64,000 nucleotides of DNA from Octopus vulgaris (GCA_951406725.2 OX597832.1:68696001-68760000), one strand, 5' to 3'. Shown: positions 43,434 through 58,377, counted from the stretch's first letter. Notes: generated by a model from the sequence alone, not told the origin. Translations and numbers: made by a program.

Positions 43434-43538
43434 TTGATAATGATGATGATGATGATTTCTCTGCTCTCAGTGTCAGGATGATGCTCAACAAGAAATGGAA
43501 GCAATTGAAAGATGCTAATAATAATAATAATAATAATA

Positions 43539-43593
<55 letters not shown>

Positions 43594-43615
43594 TGATAAT
43601 AATAATAATAATAAA

Positions 43616-44171
43616 TGCCCTGATGCAGTACAAGATAGTGGCTCTCATGGTTTCTGATCTTAACTGATTGGAAGTGTTATCATGTACATTGTTTTGTCTT
43701 GGTATAAAAGATGGGCTACAGCAAATATTCTACTCAATACCACAGATTTGCTTGTCAGTTGTTTGACCTTAACCAGTTGACCATGTCCCTTAGTTGCTGA
43801 TGATATATGCATCTCTGATGATGAGCAGAAGTAGTGGGGGAGCATCATAGCCGTGTGTTGAAAGGAATTCTTAGAGGTTTGGATAATTCACCTTTGGAAA
43901 CATGGGTGGTTCGTTCAACATCCTTAAACAATCCTTATTCAGGGACCTTTTGAGCAGGATGGGCTACTCAACCAGAAGAAAATTCTAACTGGGCCCCACC
44001 TGCAAGGTCATGTGCTGTTTATCTTGATATGAGATCACCATGTCATGCACATATGGTTGTGATGCATGTGCCTAGTGTACCCTTATCAGACAGGTAGTCA
44101 TGATGGGTATATTGGGCTTCGTATATTTTACCCCAGTGTCACTTTGATGGCATGCACTGCTCTCTCACTCA
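43616..44171 (+). mobile_element. Unclassified ~555-bp element embedded in an (AAT)n array (probable LINE 3' UTR)
   Basis: High-complexity block sharply bounded by (AAT)n on both sides, with no recognisable ORF. Confidence 0.5.
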
Positions 44172-46645
44172 ATAATAATAATAATAATAATGTTGTTATT
44201 CAGGAGACAAGCTGGCAGGATTGTTAGAGAGTTGGACAAAGTGTGTGGCAGCGTTTCTTCTGAAGCATAACATTTTGGGTTCAAATACCACCAGGGTTCC
44301 CTTAAATTTCATCCTTTCATTTGTCAATAAAATAGGGACCAGCTTGAGCAGATCACTTCATGTCATTGACTTGCCCCACTTCTCAAAGCTGCTGGATTTG
44401 TGCCAACATCTTCTCAAATAATTGAACAGGCACAAACTTCTCGTTGACCCTCCCTCAGTCAAATTAGGTTCAAAATGGAATGAATAGCAGGAGTGACGGT
44501 TGCTCTCAACTCATATCAAGTCCCGAAGGAAGAAATGGAAAAATGACTTCTGTGGGACTTGAACTCAGAATGTAATCTGCTGGAATAAGTGGCACATGGC
44601 ATTTTTTCTAATTCTCTAATGATTCTGCCAATTGCTGGGTCATAAATTTAGACCGATACAAATATATTACACATGGAAAGCTTTATTGAAAAACCTAATG
44701 TTTCAATTCAGTTTCTTCTCTTTTTTCTGATTTCTAGTTTTGAGTTGGACTTGATTCCCTACATAAATATTCTATTATGCTAAGATAAAATGGTAATTCT
44801 CTAAAAGAGAGTCAAAGCAGAAAATTCTGAATCACAAATTTATTAGAAATTGAAAGAAAGTTTGCATCTGAATGTGATGCCAGTCTTTGAAATACAACGA
44901 TAATTCAGTACATGTTGTGTGCTTATTGAACTTAATTAGGTGCACAAAATCTTAATTGTAATCAACAGATCTTAGAATGACTGAGTGAATATGTTGAGAG
45001 AATATGTACCCTCGTTTGGAAACATACGGTAATGATATAAGCAGATATTCAAAGCAGGCCTTCTGCATAAAATATATATAGTTAAATGAGAAGAAATAGC
45101 CCCGAAAAAATGTTTAATTGAAATTACACACATAATGAGGAAAGAGTTAACTTTAATGAAAATTCTTTTGAAGCTTATATATTGTACATGGTGGTGATGA
45201 TGGTAATGACGACGACGACGATGTGATGACATCACAAAGTAGCAATGAATGTATTAGTAAATGTACAAGAATGCATATATATTTATAGATATCGTCATTA
45301 TCATCATCAAACATCCCTTTTTCCATGCCAGCGCAGGTTGGATAGTGAGACAAGAACAGATAACCCCGAAGGCTCTGCCAGTTTTTATGTCTGCTTTGAC
45401 ATGGATTCTAGGGCTGAATGCCCTTCCTAATGCCAACCACTTAACAGGGTGGACTGGGTGCTTTTTATGTGGCACCAGCACCAGTACCTGTAAGATAAGA
45501 TCCATTAACTGAGCAGCTTATAGACTGGAGAAAGAAACTATGGCAGATGGAAAGGTGCAGGTGCCTTACGGAAGAGGTGTATACAGAATCTTGCAAGTGA
45601 GAGAAAGAAAGAGATGTGATGTCCAGGTACAATGAGATGGAATAGGAAGTTCACTGAGTGAGAATATTGCTTGTTACAGTAACTAGAATCGTATAATGAA
45701 AATATAATTCATAGACACCATCTTCATGGAGGCTGAGATTTATGTTATCGTAACATATACTATTGCTTATCAAACTTTTTGGCTGTTGCCTCTTTTATTT
45801 TACTAACACTTTTACCATACACACTTAGTACAATACATTGCTTCCTGCCCCACTATTTTCAATGCACATTTATACATACTACATGATATAAGGCCATATG
45901 GATTTAAATCCAGGTACTATTTTAACATAGATGACAACTTGCCTCAGCACCAACCTGATACATGCAAATATTGAAAGCACAGGTGGTTTTATTCACAATT
46001 TGAAGTTTATTATTGCTCAGCACCCAATATAAATCTTTTTACAATCCACACAGAGAAGCACTGGTTTATGCAAACTGCAATCGTTTATATAAAAAGTTTG
46101 TAGTTATTCTGAATATTATTAAGATAAATATTTTGTGTAAGGGGGTTCAATAAGAGAAAAAGAATCAGATTTTCGGTTATGATATACATACAATGATACA
46201 TAAAAACAACTAATGCAAAGAGACTCCAGAAAATATTGCAAACCACACACACACATACACACACACTGATAGACAGATACACATCATCATCATTTAACAT
46301 CTGTTTTCCATGCTGGCATGTGTTGGACAGTTTCGTTGGAGGTCTGGAGAGCCAGTGGTTGCACCAGGCTGGATGACCTTCCTAATGCCAACCACTCCAA
46401 GAGTGTAGTGGTTGACTTTAGAAATGGCATAACAAACACTTGAAATAAAACTGGACATATTTCAGCTTTGCTGGGATCTCAGTAGCTCTGTGTAACATCT
46501 GCTGAATTTGCAGAAGTAAATTATGATGAAAAAAACATAGAGAGATGTAAAAAGAATGGATATTTTTTAACATACAAAAATAAGTTGGGCTCAAGAATAA
46601 ATATTTCAAAGCCAAATCCAAATACTCGTTATATTATTAACTTAC

Positions 46646-46805
46646 AGTTCTCTTCAACTCGATTGAAAGACTTTCGGTAACTTTCATTGCTGGAATTCAA
46701 TAATTTGATAGTATTATCAAGGGCCCGGTTTTCTTTTTCTGCTTTATGTATTTTTGCATCCAGCTCATCTCCAATTACTTGAAGTTCTTCTTTTTCTTGG
46801 GCAGC
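46646..46805 (-). CDS. CCDC39: Internal coding exon of coiled-coil domain-containing protein 39 (axonemal 96-nm ruler subunit)
   Basis: 160-nt exon with acceptor ttccattctttttAG and donor GTAAGT. It translates as [53 protein letters not shown], matching the recalled human CCDC39 segment [47 protein letters not shown]. It is not in the ORF track. Confidence 0.9.
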
Positions 46806-47442
46806 CTAAAAAGAATGGAAAAAAAATTAAGAAACAAGAATAAAACAATGCTGTCATGAGAGAAATTTCATTTAATATTTCATTGATAAATATTTCTTAT
46901 CATCTCACATAAATTATCAAAATGGAACTTTCTTTTTAATACCAAAATCTTCATTCTGTATTTTGTTATTTTTGTCATTTCCAAGTGATTTTCCATAAGA
47001 TCAGGTTGGTGGTTGTTTTTGTTGCTGACATTTTTTCCTCATACTTTGGAAAGTTATCTGTTTTCTTCTTTTTTTTTAGATTCCAAGAAAAAAAAATTAA
47101 TCAGTGAAAAGAGGAGATTGTTATTAAGGTTTTGTGTTATTGAGTGAAATGAGGGAAAAATAACAAACAAAATATAAATAAAAAGAGATTAAAAAAGAAA
47201 ATTCCAAATGGCTTCTTCTCATTTTCAACTGTACACTGCATCTGACCTCTACAATATTTCATTAGCAATCTCTGAAGATTTTGAGTTCTATATAGATAAG
47301 GAATATACTAAGATGTGTATTAAATATATTTTTGAATTCAGATGCAATATATGTATGCATGTATGTATGTATGTATATATGTATATATACATATATGTGT
47401 GTGTATATATATATGTGTGTGTGTGTGTGCGTGTGTGTGTGT

Positions 47443-47478
<36 letters not shown>

Positions 47479-48641
47479 CACACACACACACATATATACA
47501 TGTATATATGTATGCAAGCATGTGTATCTGTGTGTGTGTACGCACACACACACACATACATACACACACGCACAACAATGCAGTATGCAATAATATTCAG
47601 CAAATATATTTTGGGTGAGTTATTTATTTATCAATATTATCATGGTGGTGTTTTTTGTTTCGTTTTTTATTTTTCTTGCCTTCTGTGTTTACTTTAGATG
47701 ACTATTGTGAAAATGGTAAAGTATTTTCAAAAATTAAACTTTAGCATAGAATACATTAAGTCTCTAAAGCTGAAGCCCAATTGTCTTCTTCACACTCAAA
47801 CAGTTGCCTGTTTCCAATCTTTGGTTAAAATTTATGTCATTTATTTCATTACATTTTATGTACAAAACATCTCTGGGAGAAATCAAAATTTTACACTTTC
47901 TATTTCAACAAGTCTTTTTACAAACATCTTTGACTTGTTAGAAAAAACAAAACTGTCAAATAAAATTTATTTTAATGAGATACAGAAACCCTTCAAGGCA
48001 GTGTCCCAAGATGGCCACAGTCCACTACCTAAAATCAGAAAAAGAATAAAATAACATTCTGGAATGAAATATAAATAAGAATGTTGGAACCACGCATGTT
48101 TATGGTGAGCCTTTCAAATGGCGAGTGATAGAGAATAAAGGTTGAAAGAAAACCCTGTGCTTACAGTCACTTGGTGATAATATATTACCATCAAGTGTCG
48201 AATATCTGTGTATTTGATGGTGAGACAGATTCATCTATTAATATTTCGGACACAGATTTTGGAAAGGATCCATAAGTGTGGGACAGGACACCTACCTGTC
48301 AAATACATGCACTTTTTATTTAGATTATTTTACTGCCTACGTCTGTGTGCATTTAAAATTGAATGTAACATCAAAAAAGATTGCAATGCACAGAGTTGTA
48401 GACATAACTGTTTTCAAGGAAACCCTTTCAAAGGTATTTGCAGCAATTTGGAAAATTATTGTCTGTAATTGTTGGAACATGTAGGGATCAAGCAAAATAT
48501 TTATTGTGATAATTCAAATGCAGTGTCAAGATTGTTCAATTAATATTCCATGTTGTTCTAAGAACCTTATTATACCCATTGCTAAATCAATCAGACTACT
48601 TTTGAGAGCAGGACCCACATGTTTCTGACAATTTTAAAAGA

Positions 48642-48692
<51 letters not shown>

Positions 48693-48789
48693 ATACATGT
48701 CATGTTGATATTGAACAGTGAGAATGAGTGCTCAACAGCCGTAGATAAATATTCTTTATTTGTGAGTTAACAAGGCTCCTTCACTCAAC

Positions 48790-50240
48790 ATGAAACCAGT
48801 GGTAACTTTGATAGGTTTTGGCCAGTATAGGTCCAGGCCATGTCTAATTTAATAGCACCACCTGGTGAAGTCTTTTAGTCATATATGGGGCAACATGGCC
48901 CACTCTAGCAAAGAGTTATTATTGCTAGAGACATACCCAGGCATAGGAGTTTTGTCCGGGATATTTTGAAGAAATTTGTCCTGTGAACATTTGAATTTTA
49001 TGGGATCTGTTTTTGTATTGACATATTTTGGTATGGTATTAAAGAGAGCTGGACCAGTTGAGGTAAAGTAATTGTGATGCAATGTTGCTATGTGTACCAC
49101 AGGGGCCAAGTCTTGGATGGATTTTAAAATTGACGCCAACATCATTTGTGCAATATTGCTGGAATATTTTCCACATAATACAAATGATGTAATGCTACCA
49201 GTAGCGTTGGAGAGATTGAGATTATTTTAATCAACCCCAATGCCTCTCATGCCATCTATCTTTCTTGTTATTGACTTCTGGAGTGCTTCTACTTTCATAA
49301 TGGGTTGCTTTGTATGGGGGAACCACATTGGGGAACAGTATTCAAGGTGGGGTCAGGCAAAAGTAGAGTAGACAAGGATGATGGTGTAGGTATCTCTAGA
49401 CTGAAAAGTTCTCAGAATCCAGAAGCACATCCTGCAGGCCAAGTCAACCTTGCTGTTTACGTGGGGACTCTAGCTTAGATTGCAATCCACAATTACTCCA
49501 AGGTCTCTGGTGTTGTTGGATGTCATGAGGGAGTCCCCCGAGGGAAAAGCATATCGTAATTTCAGTTACCTCCTCTTTTCCAAAGTGGATCAAATCAAAC
49601 TTATCTTCATTTAAAAGTATATTACTGTTTTCTGTCCATTGGACAATAGCAAACAGATCTGACTGAAGGCGTGTTTGGTTTCTCATATGTATGGCTTTCT
49701 GGAATTTGGAATAATCTGCAAAGGTTTTTGAATGTAGAATGTTTGAGGACTCTACTGTCGTTGATGTAAATAATGAAGAGGAGTGCGCCCAACACAGTAC
49801 CTTGTGGGACACCACTACTGACTTTGGCTGAGCTTGATCGTATTCCCCGAAACACAACATGTTGGGTTCTGTTTGTCAGGAAACACTTTATCCACTGCAG
49901 CAGCTTTCCACAGACTCCAATGTTGGACAGTTTCTTCAGCAGGATTTTGTGGTCCACTCTGTTAAATGCCTTGCTGAAAACAAGATATATGACGTCAGTG
50001 TTGGAACCCTCTCCCAATGCTTTTAAGATATCATCAAAATGGTGCAGAAGCTGCAACAGGCAGTCCCTGCCATCACAGAAAACATGCTGGTTGAGGTTCA
50101 GCAGATAGTTGTCTTCAAGGAAGTGAATTATTCATGATCTCAACACCCATTCAAATACTTTAATAATATGAGAAGTGAGTGAAATCAAACGGTACTTCAC
50201 TGGAAGAGATTTGTTTCCCTTTTTGAAAACTGGAATGACA
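48790..50240 (-). mobile_element. Decayed CR1/L2/Jockey-group LINE RT remnant
   Basis: DVIYLVFSKAFNRVDH.ILL.KL...G..G.LL.WI..FLTNRTQ, SGVPQGTVLG.LLF.IYIND and FADY(D). Multiple frameshifts. Confidence 0.85.
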
Positions 50241-51395
50241 GACTGGGAAAGAAAAAATGATCAGGAATTTAGCCTGCATCAAATGAGTTTGGTTAACCCC
50301 AAAATAAAGCATGCATAAATGTGTGTATGTATATATATATATACACACATACATACATACACATACATATGTACTTCATTCTCATTGTTGTTTTGATGTC
50401 CATATTTCCCTGCTGAAAGGGGTTGACTGCAATTTGGTATTTGTCTACAACTTTACTATGTTCTACCATTTTTTTGTTCCTTTCCCTCACCTGTTTCTAA
50501 GCAAGAGAATTGTTTTTCCTCTTGTCAAATATGTTTCTATGGAAAATTGGCAATTAAGGACAATGCCGATAATGCTTCTTTAACAACAACCACATGATGA
50601 CCAGTCAATGAGACATTAACACACACACACACACACGTGGTGGGCTTCTTTCAATTTCTGTTAGCCAACTCTACCCATAAGGCTTGGGTCAGCCTGGGAC
50701 TATAGCAGAAGACACTTTTTCCAATGTTCCACACACTGGGACTGAACCCAGAGCAGTGTAGTTAAGGAGCAAACATTTTAACCAACAACAACACCAGCAC
50801 CAATATAATGTACATATACACGTGCATATATAACACACACATGAACAAGAAAGGAGAAGTTCACTTCATAACAATAAAGAATTCAGTTCCTTTGCACAGC
50901 AGTTTGGACAATGTCTTCTACTAGAAACCCTGGCAAGCCATTGGAATTGGCAGATGGAATGTTTTATGGTAGTTTGTCATTCATACACGCACACACACAC
51001 ACATGTATATACAAATATATATGTGTGTGTTCAAGAGTGCCAAAAACAATATTCCATGGCATTGTTTGTTACTGCCCAAGCGAAGCAAGGATATGATGTT
51101 GATATTCCTTCTTCACATTAAATGACTGAAAGAATAAATACATAAATACATAGACACACACATACATGCATGTGTACTGATACATAAGTGTCTGTGTGTG
51201 TGTGTATATATATATAATTGGAAACTGAAAGAAGCTTGTCATGTATACACACATACACAAACACACACACACATATATATATATAGTAACAGAAAAGAGG
51301 AATTTCGATTATCCCCACATTGTGAGTTGTAATGTATATAAGAAATTAAAAAAGGAAAATATGCACACTTACATAGTTTTAATATAATTTTTAAT

Positions 51396-51430
51396 ATATC
51401 GACCGGTTTCGCTATCGCTGTTCATGATAT
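51396..51430 (-). ncRNA. Minimal hammerhead variant (AUGAACA core)
   Basis: Minus strand reads atatc ATGAACA gc-gata-gc GAAA ccgg TC gatat. Helix I is 5 bp, helix III is palindromic (ACCGGU), and the triplet is GUC. Confidence 0.6.
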
Positions 51431-51460
51431 TATGTTTTACTTATTTGAATATATATTTTT

Positions 51461-51998
51461 TCTTAAGAAGAAATCTTGTCCATGTTGTGTGTGATGAAAT
51501 TCACGAATGAATGACTTCACAAGTAGATAAATAAAGTGAGGTAATTGGTTGTCGTTATTATTGTTATTGTTGTGGGTAAGGGAGATAACTGTTCAGCTTT
51601 CGGTAATGGGTGGGGATTATATATGTGTACAGACAGAGACAATTTTCAAAAACCTTGTTTAGTAGGGGATTTATGTACAGTGATGTAATCGTGAATTGAA
51701 ATATGTAAAAAGAGAAAAGTTGGTTATGCGTGCATATTAAGACATGTTTTGTATTTTTCAATGAAAAAAAGTTTCTTTATTTAAACGTTCTAGTTGAGAT
51801 ATTGCGTCTTTGCACTGGTAGAAAGGGAAAACTGTGAAATTTAGTTCACCCATTATCGAAAGCTGAACAATTATCTCTCTTACCCATAACAATAACAATA
51901 ATAACGACAACCAATTACCTCCCTTTATTTATCTACTTGTGAAGTTATTCACTCGTGAATTTCATCACACACAACATGGACCAAATTTCTTCATAAGA
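51461..51998. repeat. Inverted repeat, ~152-bp arms (51461-51612 and 51847-51998)
   Basis: Example pairing: tccatgttgtgtgtgatgaaattcacga with tcgtgaatttcatcacacacaacatgga. Confidence 0.9.
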
Positions 51999-52185
51999 GG
52001 AATTGGTTGCTCTGTTCAAGAGAGAAGACTGCACTGGTTTGGTCATGTGAAGTGGATGGATGTTGATAGTGCCATAAAGAAGTGCCAATCTCTCAAAGTG
52101 GGTGGAACATGTGGAAGTGGGAGATCCAGGGAAGTACTGAAGAACAATCTCAGGATGCTGAACCTTACTGGTGAGATGACAAAGA
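51992..52185 (+). mobile_element. Diverged RTE LINE fragment
   Basis: IRGIGCSVQERRLHWFGHV...KKCQSLKVGGTCGSGR is homologous to the C-terminus encoded at 26883-27140. Confidence 0.8.
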
Positions 52186-52528
52186 AAAAAAATACCTGCC
52201 CCCCACCCCCACCAGCAGAAGATTTAAGACCAATCTTGATTGTAGTCTAAAGCACTCATGGGACAGCCATGTAAAAAACATACAAACGAATATAGCTTCT
52301 TCTGTCTCTGCATGTGGGTGTGCATGAGTTTATGGACATGTGTGTGTGTAATGAAATGTTTCTGCTTTCATCATCACCGTCGTCATTAACATCATCCTCA
52401 AACTTATGGTGTTATCACATTTAGGTATCTATGTAAGAAATATTCACATCAACTACAAGATAGAGTCATTCTAGAGAAACACTTGAAATATTAGAAGCAT
52501 TGCTTAATTAAATGGGTGATAGCTATAA

Positions 52529-52598
<70 letters not shown>

Positions 52599-52629
52599 AC
52601 ATACATATATATATATATGCACATACAAA

Positions 52630-53290
52630 TAAACATTTTTATACATATACACACACATTTATCTATTAACACACATATATATATACATATATATGCACAC
52701 ACACACACATGCAAGCACATTTTTATAGATATACACACACAAACACACATATATCTATGAACTCACATATATATATATACATCCATATACATACACACAC
52801 ATATGCACCCATTTTTATAGACATACACATGCAAACACACATATATCTATTAACTCAAATATATATATACATGTATATGCACACACACATACACCCACAT
52901 TTCTATAGACATACACACACAAACACACATATACCTATTAACTCACACATATATATATATACATATACATATATATACATACACACACATTTTTATAGAC
53001 ATACACACACAAATACATATATCTATTAACTCACATATATATATATACATATATATATGCACACACACTTACATGCACATTTTATAGACATACATAGACA
53101 AATGCATACCTATTAACTTACGTATATATATATATATATGCACACACACACATGCACATTTTTATAGACATACACACACATACAAACACACATATATCTA
53201 TTAATTCACATATATATGCACACACACATATACACACACATTTTTCTAGAATACACACACAAATACACATGTATTTATTAACACATATGA
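52630..53290. repeat. ~85-90-bp minisatellite built from CA/TA repeats (about 7 units)
   Basis: Recurrent ttt(t)atagacatacacac...atctattaactcacat. Confidence 0.8.
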
Positions 53291-54020
53291 ACACATGATC
53301 TGACAGCTCTGTTAGCTTTGACTGACAGCCGCAACTGGATATTGCTCACAGAACATCACAGGAACTGTTATCAATGTTATTAGGTCAATAACTAATTGAT
53401 ATTTTCATACACAATTATGATGACGTCCTTCAACAATGACAACAACACCAACCGGTGGTGCCACGTGAGTGCAGAGAAGAAACAGTGGACAGCTATTGTG
53501 GTTAGAATATTGAAGATGACTTTCATGAATTCCAAGCTACATCAATTTAGCATTATCATATTACAACTTTACTAGTAGTAGTAGTAGTAGTAGTAGTAGT
53601 TGGAGGAGGAGGAGGAGGAAACACAAATCCCTCTCACTGAACTACATTTCATTCTAAAAACACATCAGTTATCAACCATTCTATTTATAATACTAAATTG
53701 AAATTTTCATTTCTGTTTCTGAAGTTCTCTGGGTGAGACTTGAACTTCACTTGTTGCCAATATGCAAAATCCAAACATAATAATAATCATAATTCTTTCT
53801 AATCCTGGCAAAAAATGTAAAAGCTTTGATGGGAAGGGAGATTTGATAACATCAGCTCCATTACTCAACTGGCATTTACCTTATCAACCTTTCCAAAATT
53901 TCTGCTCAAAGCATGAAGATGGAAGCAATGCTACTAAACATTTTGATGAATGCACAAATGATTCAGCCAATCCACGACAATGACCACCACCACCATAATA
54001 ATAATAATAATAATACTAAG

Positions 54021-54390
54021 AACAAGAGCACTCAGAGAGCGCTAACCTTTGCCAAAGCAACACCAACATCCTCTCAATGATTAGGCAGAGATGATTTTTA
54101 AAATGAGAATATCTGAAATAAACTCAACTGCTCTCACAAATTAGAATATCAAAAAAATGAACCTGACTCCTCTCCAAAATCAAGTAAAAAAACAGGAAAA
54201 AAAGAATCCAGAATCTTGTCCAGTACCAGATTAATCCCAAAATCTAATCAGTTTGTGCCAGTCATGAGGCCAAATATCCCTGAAAGTTTCATCCGAATCC
54301 ATGCAACGGTTTTTGAGATATTTTGTTCATAGACGAACAAACAAACATGACTGAAAACAATACCTCTGCCTTTGCAAAGGCAGAGATAAT
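54021..54390 (+). mobile_element. Helentron-associated short element inserted in (AAT)n
   Basis: Start aacaagagcactcagagagcgc..acctttgcc, internal aagtttcatccgaatcc, and terminal hairpin ctctgcctttgcaaaggcagag. Confidence 0.65.
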
Positions 54391-57378
54391 AATGATAATA
54401 ATAATAGTTTCCTTTGCTAACAGAAAACTTTAAGTGATTTGGGGTTAGTACAAAGGTGAATTAGAGAGGAAAACAACCAATACTAACTAGCAGAGAATTT
54501 AAATGGAAGAAAATTGTTAAATCAACATCAACAATAATAACTCCTTAATTAACAACTTATAATGAACAGTAATTAGAGTAGAGAACAGAAAGGAAAACCA
54601 ATAAAATGAGGGATTTGGGCCACACCACACAAAACCCCATGTTACATTGATATAGAAAAGGTAACTGCTTACTCTGTTGATGCCAGCTTACAGCTGAATA
54701 GTGTGGGTCTATCATGAAATGGCAGTTTTGTCATTCTTGTCCACCTTAAATAAAACATGCAGCAATCAGCATGCCACCTTGTAGCCTCATATTCCTCTGC
54801 AGGTGGCAGCCACCTCTTCTGCAAGACATTCGCACCTGTCCATCTATCACATTTTCATATCCCTCAATACTATAATCTAATCTGTTGAGACATTATGTCA
54901 TGCAGGTTCTTGTCATGCATCACCAGTGTTGATGCCATGAAAAAAGCACCCAATACACTGTGTGAAGTGGTTGGCATTAGGAAGGGCAGCCATCTATAGA
55001 AATCATACAGACGTTGGAGTTTGGTGCAGCCCTCTGGCTTTTCAGTTCATGTCCTACCATCCAGCATATGCCAGCATCGAAAAGGGTCATTAAGTGATGT
55101 TGAGAATGATAAGGGCTTTTGCAAAGAGGAAAAGTTCTGTCCTCAAACTTTGCCATTATCTGTGTCACAGCTGCCAAATGAAGTCTACTTGGCTTTCCTT
55201 GATGAAAGAAGCAAGTAGTTTGGTCTTCATAATCGATGGTTATGCCCAGCATATAAAAGAATCATTCAACACAAACCTACAAATCAATATTGCAAGGGCA
55301 CAACTTTGCATACTGGACCTTTTTATCTCTCTGCACTCATCTTAGACAGATTTGACAGCTGATAGTTCCAGAATGACTGAGCTTTTATGGTTTATCACTA
55401 TGATTAGCATAATCATTATCATCTTTGTTTAATGTTCACTTTTTACATGCTTGCATAGGATAGCCGGAATTCTTTGATGAAGCATTTCTTCTGCCAGATG
55501 CTCTTCCTGTCACTAACACTCACTAGTTTCTAATTAAAGAATTATGTCCCTGTAACATGCTTCCATGAAATACTGGAAAGAAATTAAAAGAGTGACACTG
55601 CTTCTAAGATGGTAACACTCATTTGCAACAATTAAAGAGTGTCAAATTAAGAAGGGGCAAACAGACCAATGCACACACACATGTACATATACATCACTGG
55701 TTTCTTTCAGTCTCTGTTCATAAATTCACTCACAAGGCTTTAGTTGGCCCCAGCCCATGGTATAGCAGAAAAGAGTTGCCCAATGTTTCACACAGCGACA
55801 CTGAGCACAAAATCATGAGGCAAGCAAGTAAACTTGTGAACAATACTGCAGTGCCTGTGCACATACAAACATACATACAGATACATGTATGTACATGCAT
55901 AAGTACATACACACATTACATTACTGTTTCACTTCAGTATAAGTGATAATAATAACCTTCAGAAAAGAAGTATTAGTTCAGACAGAGCATACTATAAGTG
56001 TGCAAACATTCAGATTTGAGTGCACTGCATATGACAGCAGAAATAGCTGTAAGCTAATGCAGGTCATTGCATAATTTCCTCTTCTTTCCCTTTGTCATTT
56101 ACACTTAATTTTATACATATAAACATGTGTGTGTTTATGTAAGTGTGTATGTATGTACATGTGAACATGTAAGTGTATGTGTGTGTGTGTATGTATATAT
56201 ATATATACAATTCTTGAAAAATAAATATTCATTTCTACTCTAGGCACAATGCCTGAAATTTGGGTGGGGGAGGGCCAGTCGATTAGATCAACCCCAGTGT
56301 GCAAATGGTACTTAATTTATTGACCCCAAAAAGATGAAAGGCACATTTTCTTGAAGTGGAATTTTTAAGCAAGGGTCTGTACAACGACAATAACAACAAT
56401 AATAATTGTTTAAGATTTTGGCTCAAGGCCAGCAAATTCGGGGAAGGGAGCCAGTCGGTATCTTTGACCCCAGTGCTCAGTTGTTATTTTAATAATGATA
56501 ATAATGATGGTGATGATGCTAGTGGTATTCCTGACAATTATGATGATGGATAAAATGATAATAAAAACAGTGACAATGATAATACTGATATCAATAATGA
56601 CAATAACAGAACTCATGACAACAGCAATCATGGTATTAACGATGATAATAATGGTCTTTTGAATAATTACAGTAACAGTAATATTAATATTAATGATAGT
56701 AATAGTAATAAAAAAGTTGATGACAATTAGCATAATAATAATAATAATAATGATGATGATGATGATGATGATGATGATAATGATAATAACGATGATGGTA
56801 ATGATGATGATGATGATGATGATAATAATAATAATAATAATAATAATAATAGTAAATCTATCACCTTTTCCAGAAAAAATTCCAATTAAACTCAAAACAA
56901 AATAAAATATTCTTTTCTTCTATTTTTTGTTTCTTTTTTTTTCTCTGAGCAACCTCTGCATCGATTGAATTTGATGAAATGTGTAGCCAAAATACAGAGA
57001 GATGAATCAAGCTATTCTTACTTGATTCCATTGCATATTTTTGGGTGTTTTTGTTAACCAATAATCCATTCTTATTGATCCTTTCCACTCAAAAACCAGA
57101 GAAAGAAAAGACAAAATTTCATCTCCTGTGTTATTAACACATTTTTGACAAAGTAAATCATTCAAAATTATATGCTAAGTCAGGATAAGTATTGAAAGAA
57201 ATCGATGGGCAGAGTTGGGCGTCGGCTTTTTTGCTTTTTTTGTTTGTTTTTTTTTTACTTATTTGCATATTTCTTTTATTTTACAATGTGTGTGTATATA
57301 CACAAACACAGAGGCACACTACAGATATATGTATATTTGTATAACATTATTCCTGTCTTTGTGTCTCTCACCCATTAC

Positions 57379-57423
<45 letters not shown>

Positions 57424-57597
57424 CACACATATATATATATACACATACATATATATATATGTATATATATACATACATACATAAATATATATGTATATAT
57501 ATATACATACATATGTATATATATGTATATATATACATACATATATATATGTATATATATATACATACATATGTATATATATGTATATATACACATA

Positions 57598-57655
<58 letters not shown>

Positions 57656-57727
57656 AACACACACATATAATATATGCATTTATAAATTCATGTGTATATA
57701 TATGTGCATATACATATACCCATGCAT

Positions 57728-57762
<35 letters not shown>

Positions 57763-58168
57763 TATGTAATCCCATATTTTAGACATATTCATTTATCTGT
57801 TTATTAAGCTTCATTGTTTGATTAAGTACAATGGCAATTTTCAATGCCATTCATACTTGCAGAACAATATCAGAATAAATAATGGTAACTACAATCAAAA
57901 AGCAAAATTATAAATATAAAAATAAATAAAACAGCAAAACATGCAGATGCCCCACACAAAAAATAATCAAAGAAAATAAAGACAAGCAAAACTTCAATAC
58001 AAATTCTCTTCTTCTGTCTGTCTGTCTCTCTCTCTCACTCACACACACACACCACACAGACACATATATGCACACAATTTGATTAAAAGCTGTTCTGCAA
58101 TGAAGTCTTTAAAAGAAGATCATAGCAACTTATTGAATTAATAAAGATATGCTAACAAACAGCAACAA

Positions 58169-58169
<1 letters not shown>

Positions 58170-58216
<47 letters not shown>

Positions 58217-58225
58217 GATAATAAT

Positions 58226-58283
<58 letters not shown>

Positions 58284-58292
58284 GATAATAAT

Positions 58293-58377
<85 letters not shown>

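Noticed and set aside
43797-43835. Two CTGATGA motifs (also 11937)
   Set aside because: No downstream GAAA or helix arrangement, so not hammerheads.
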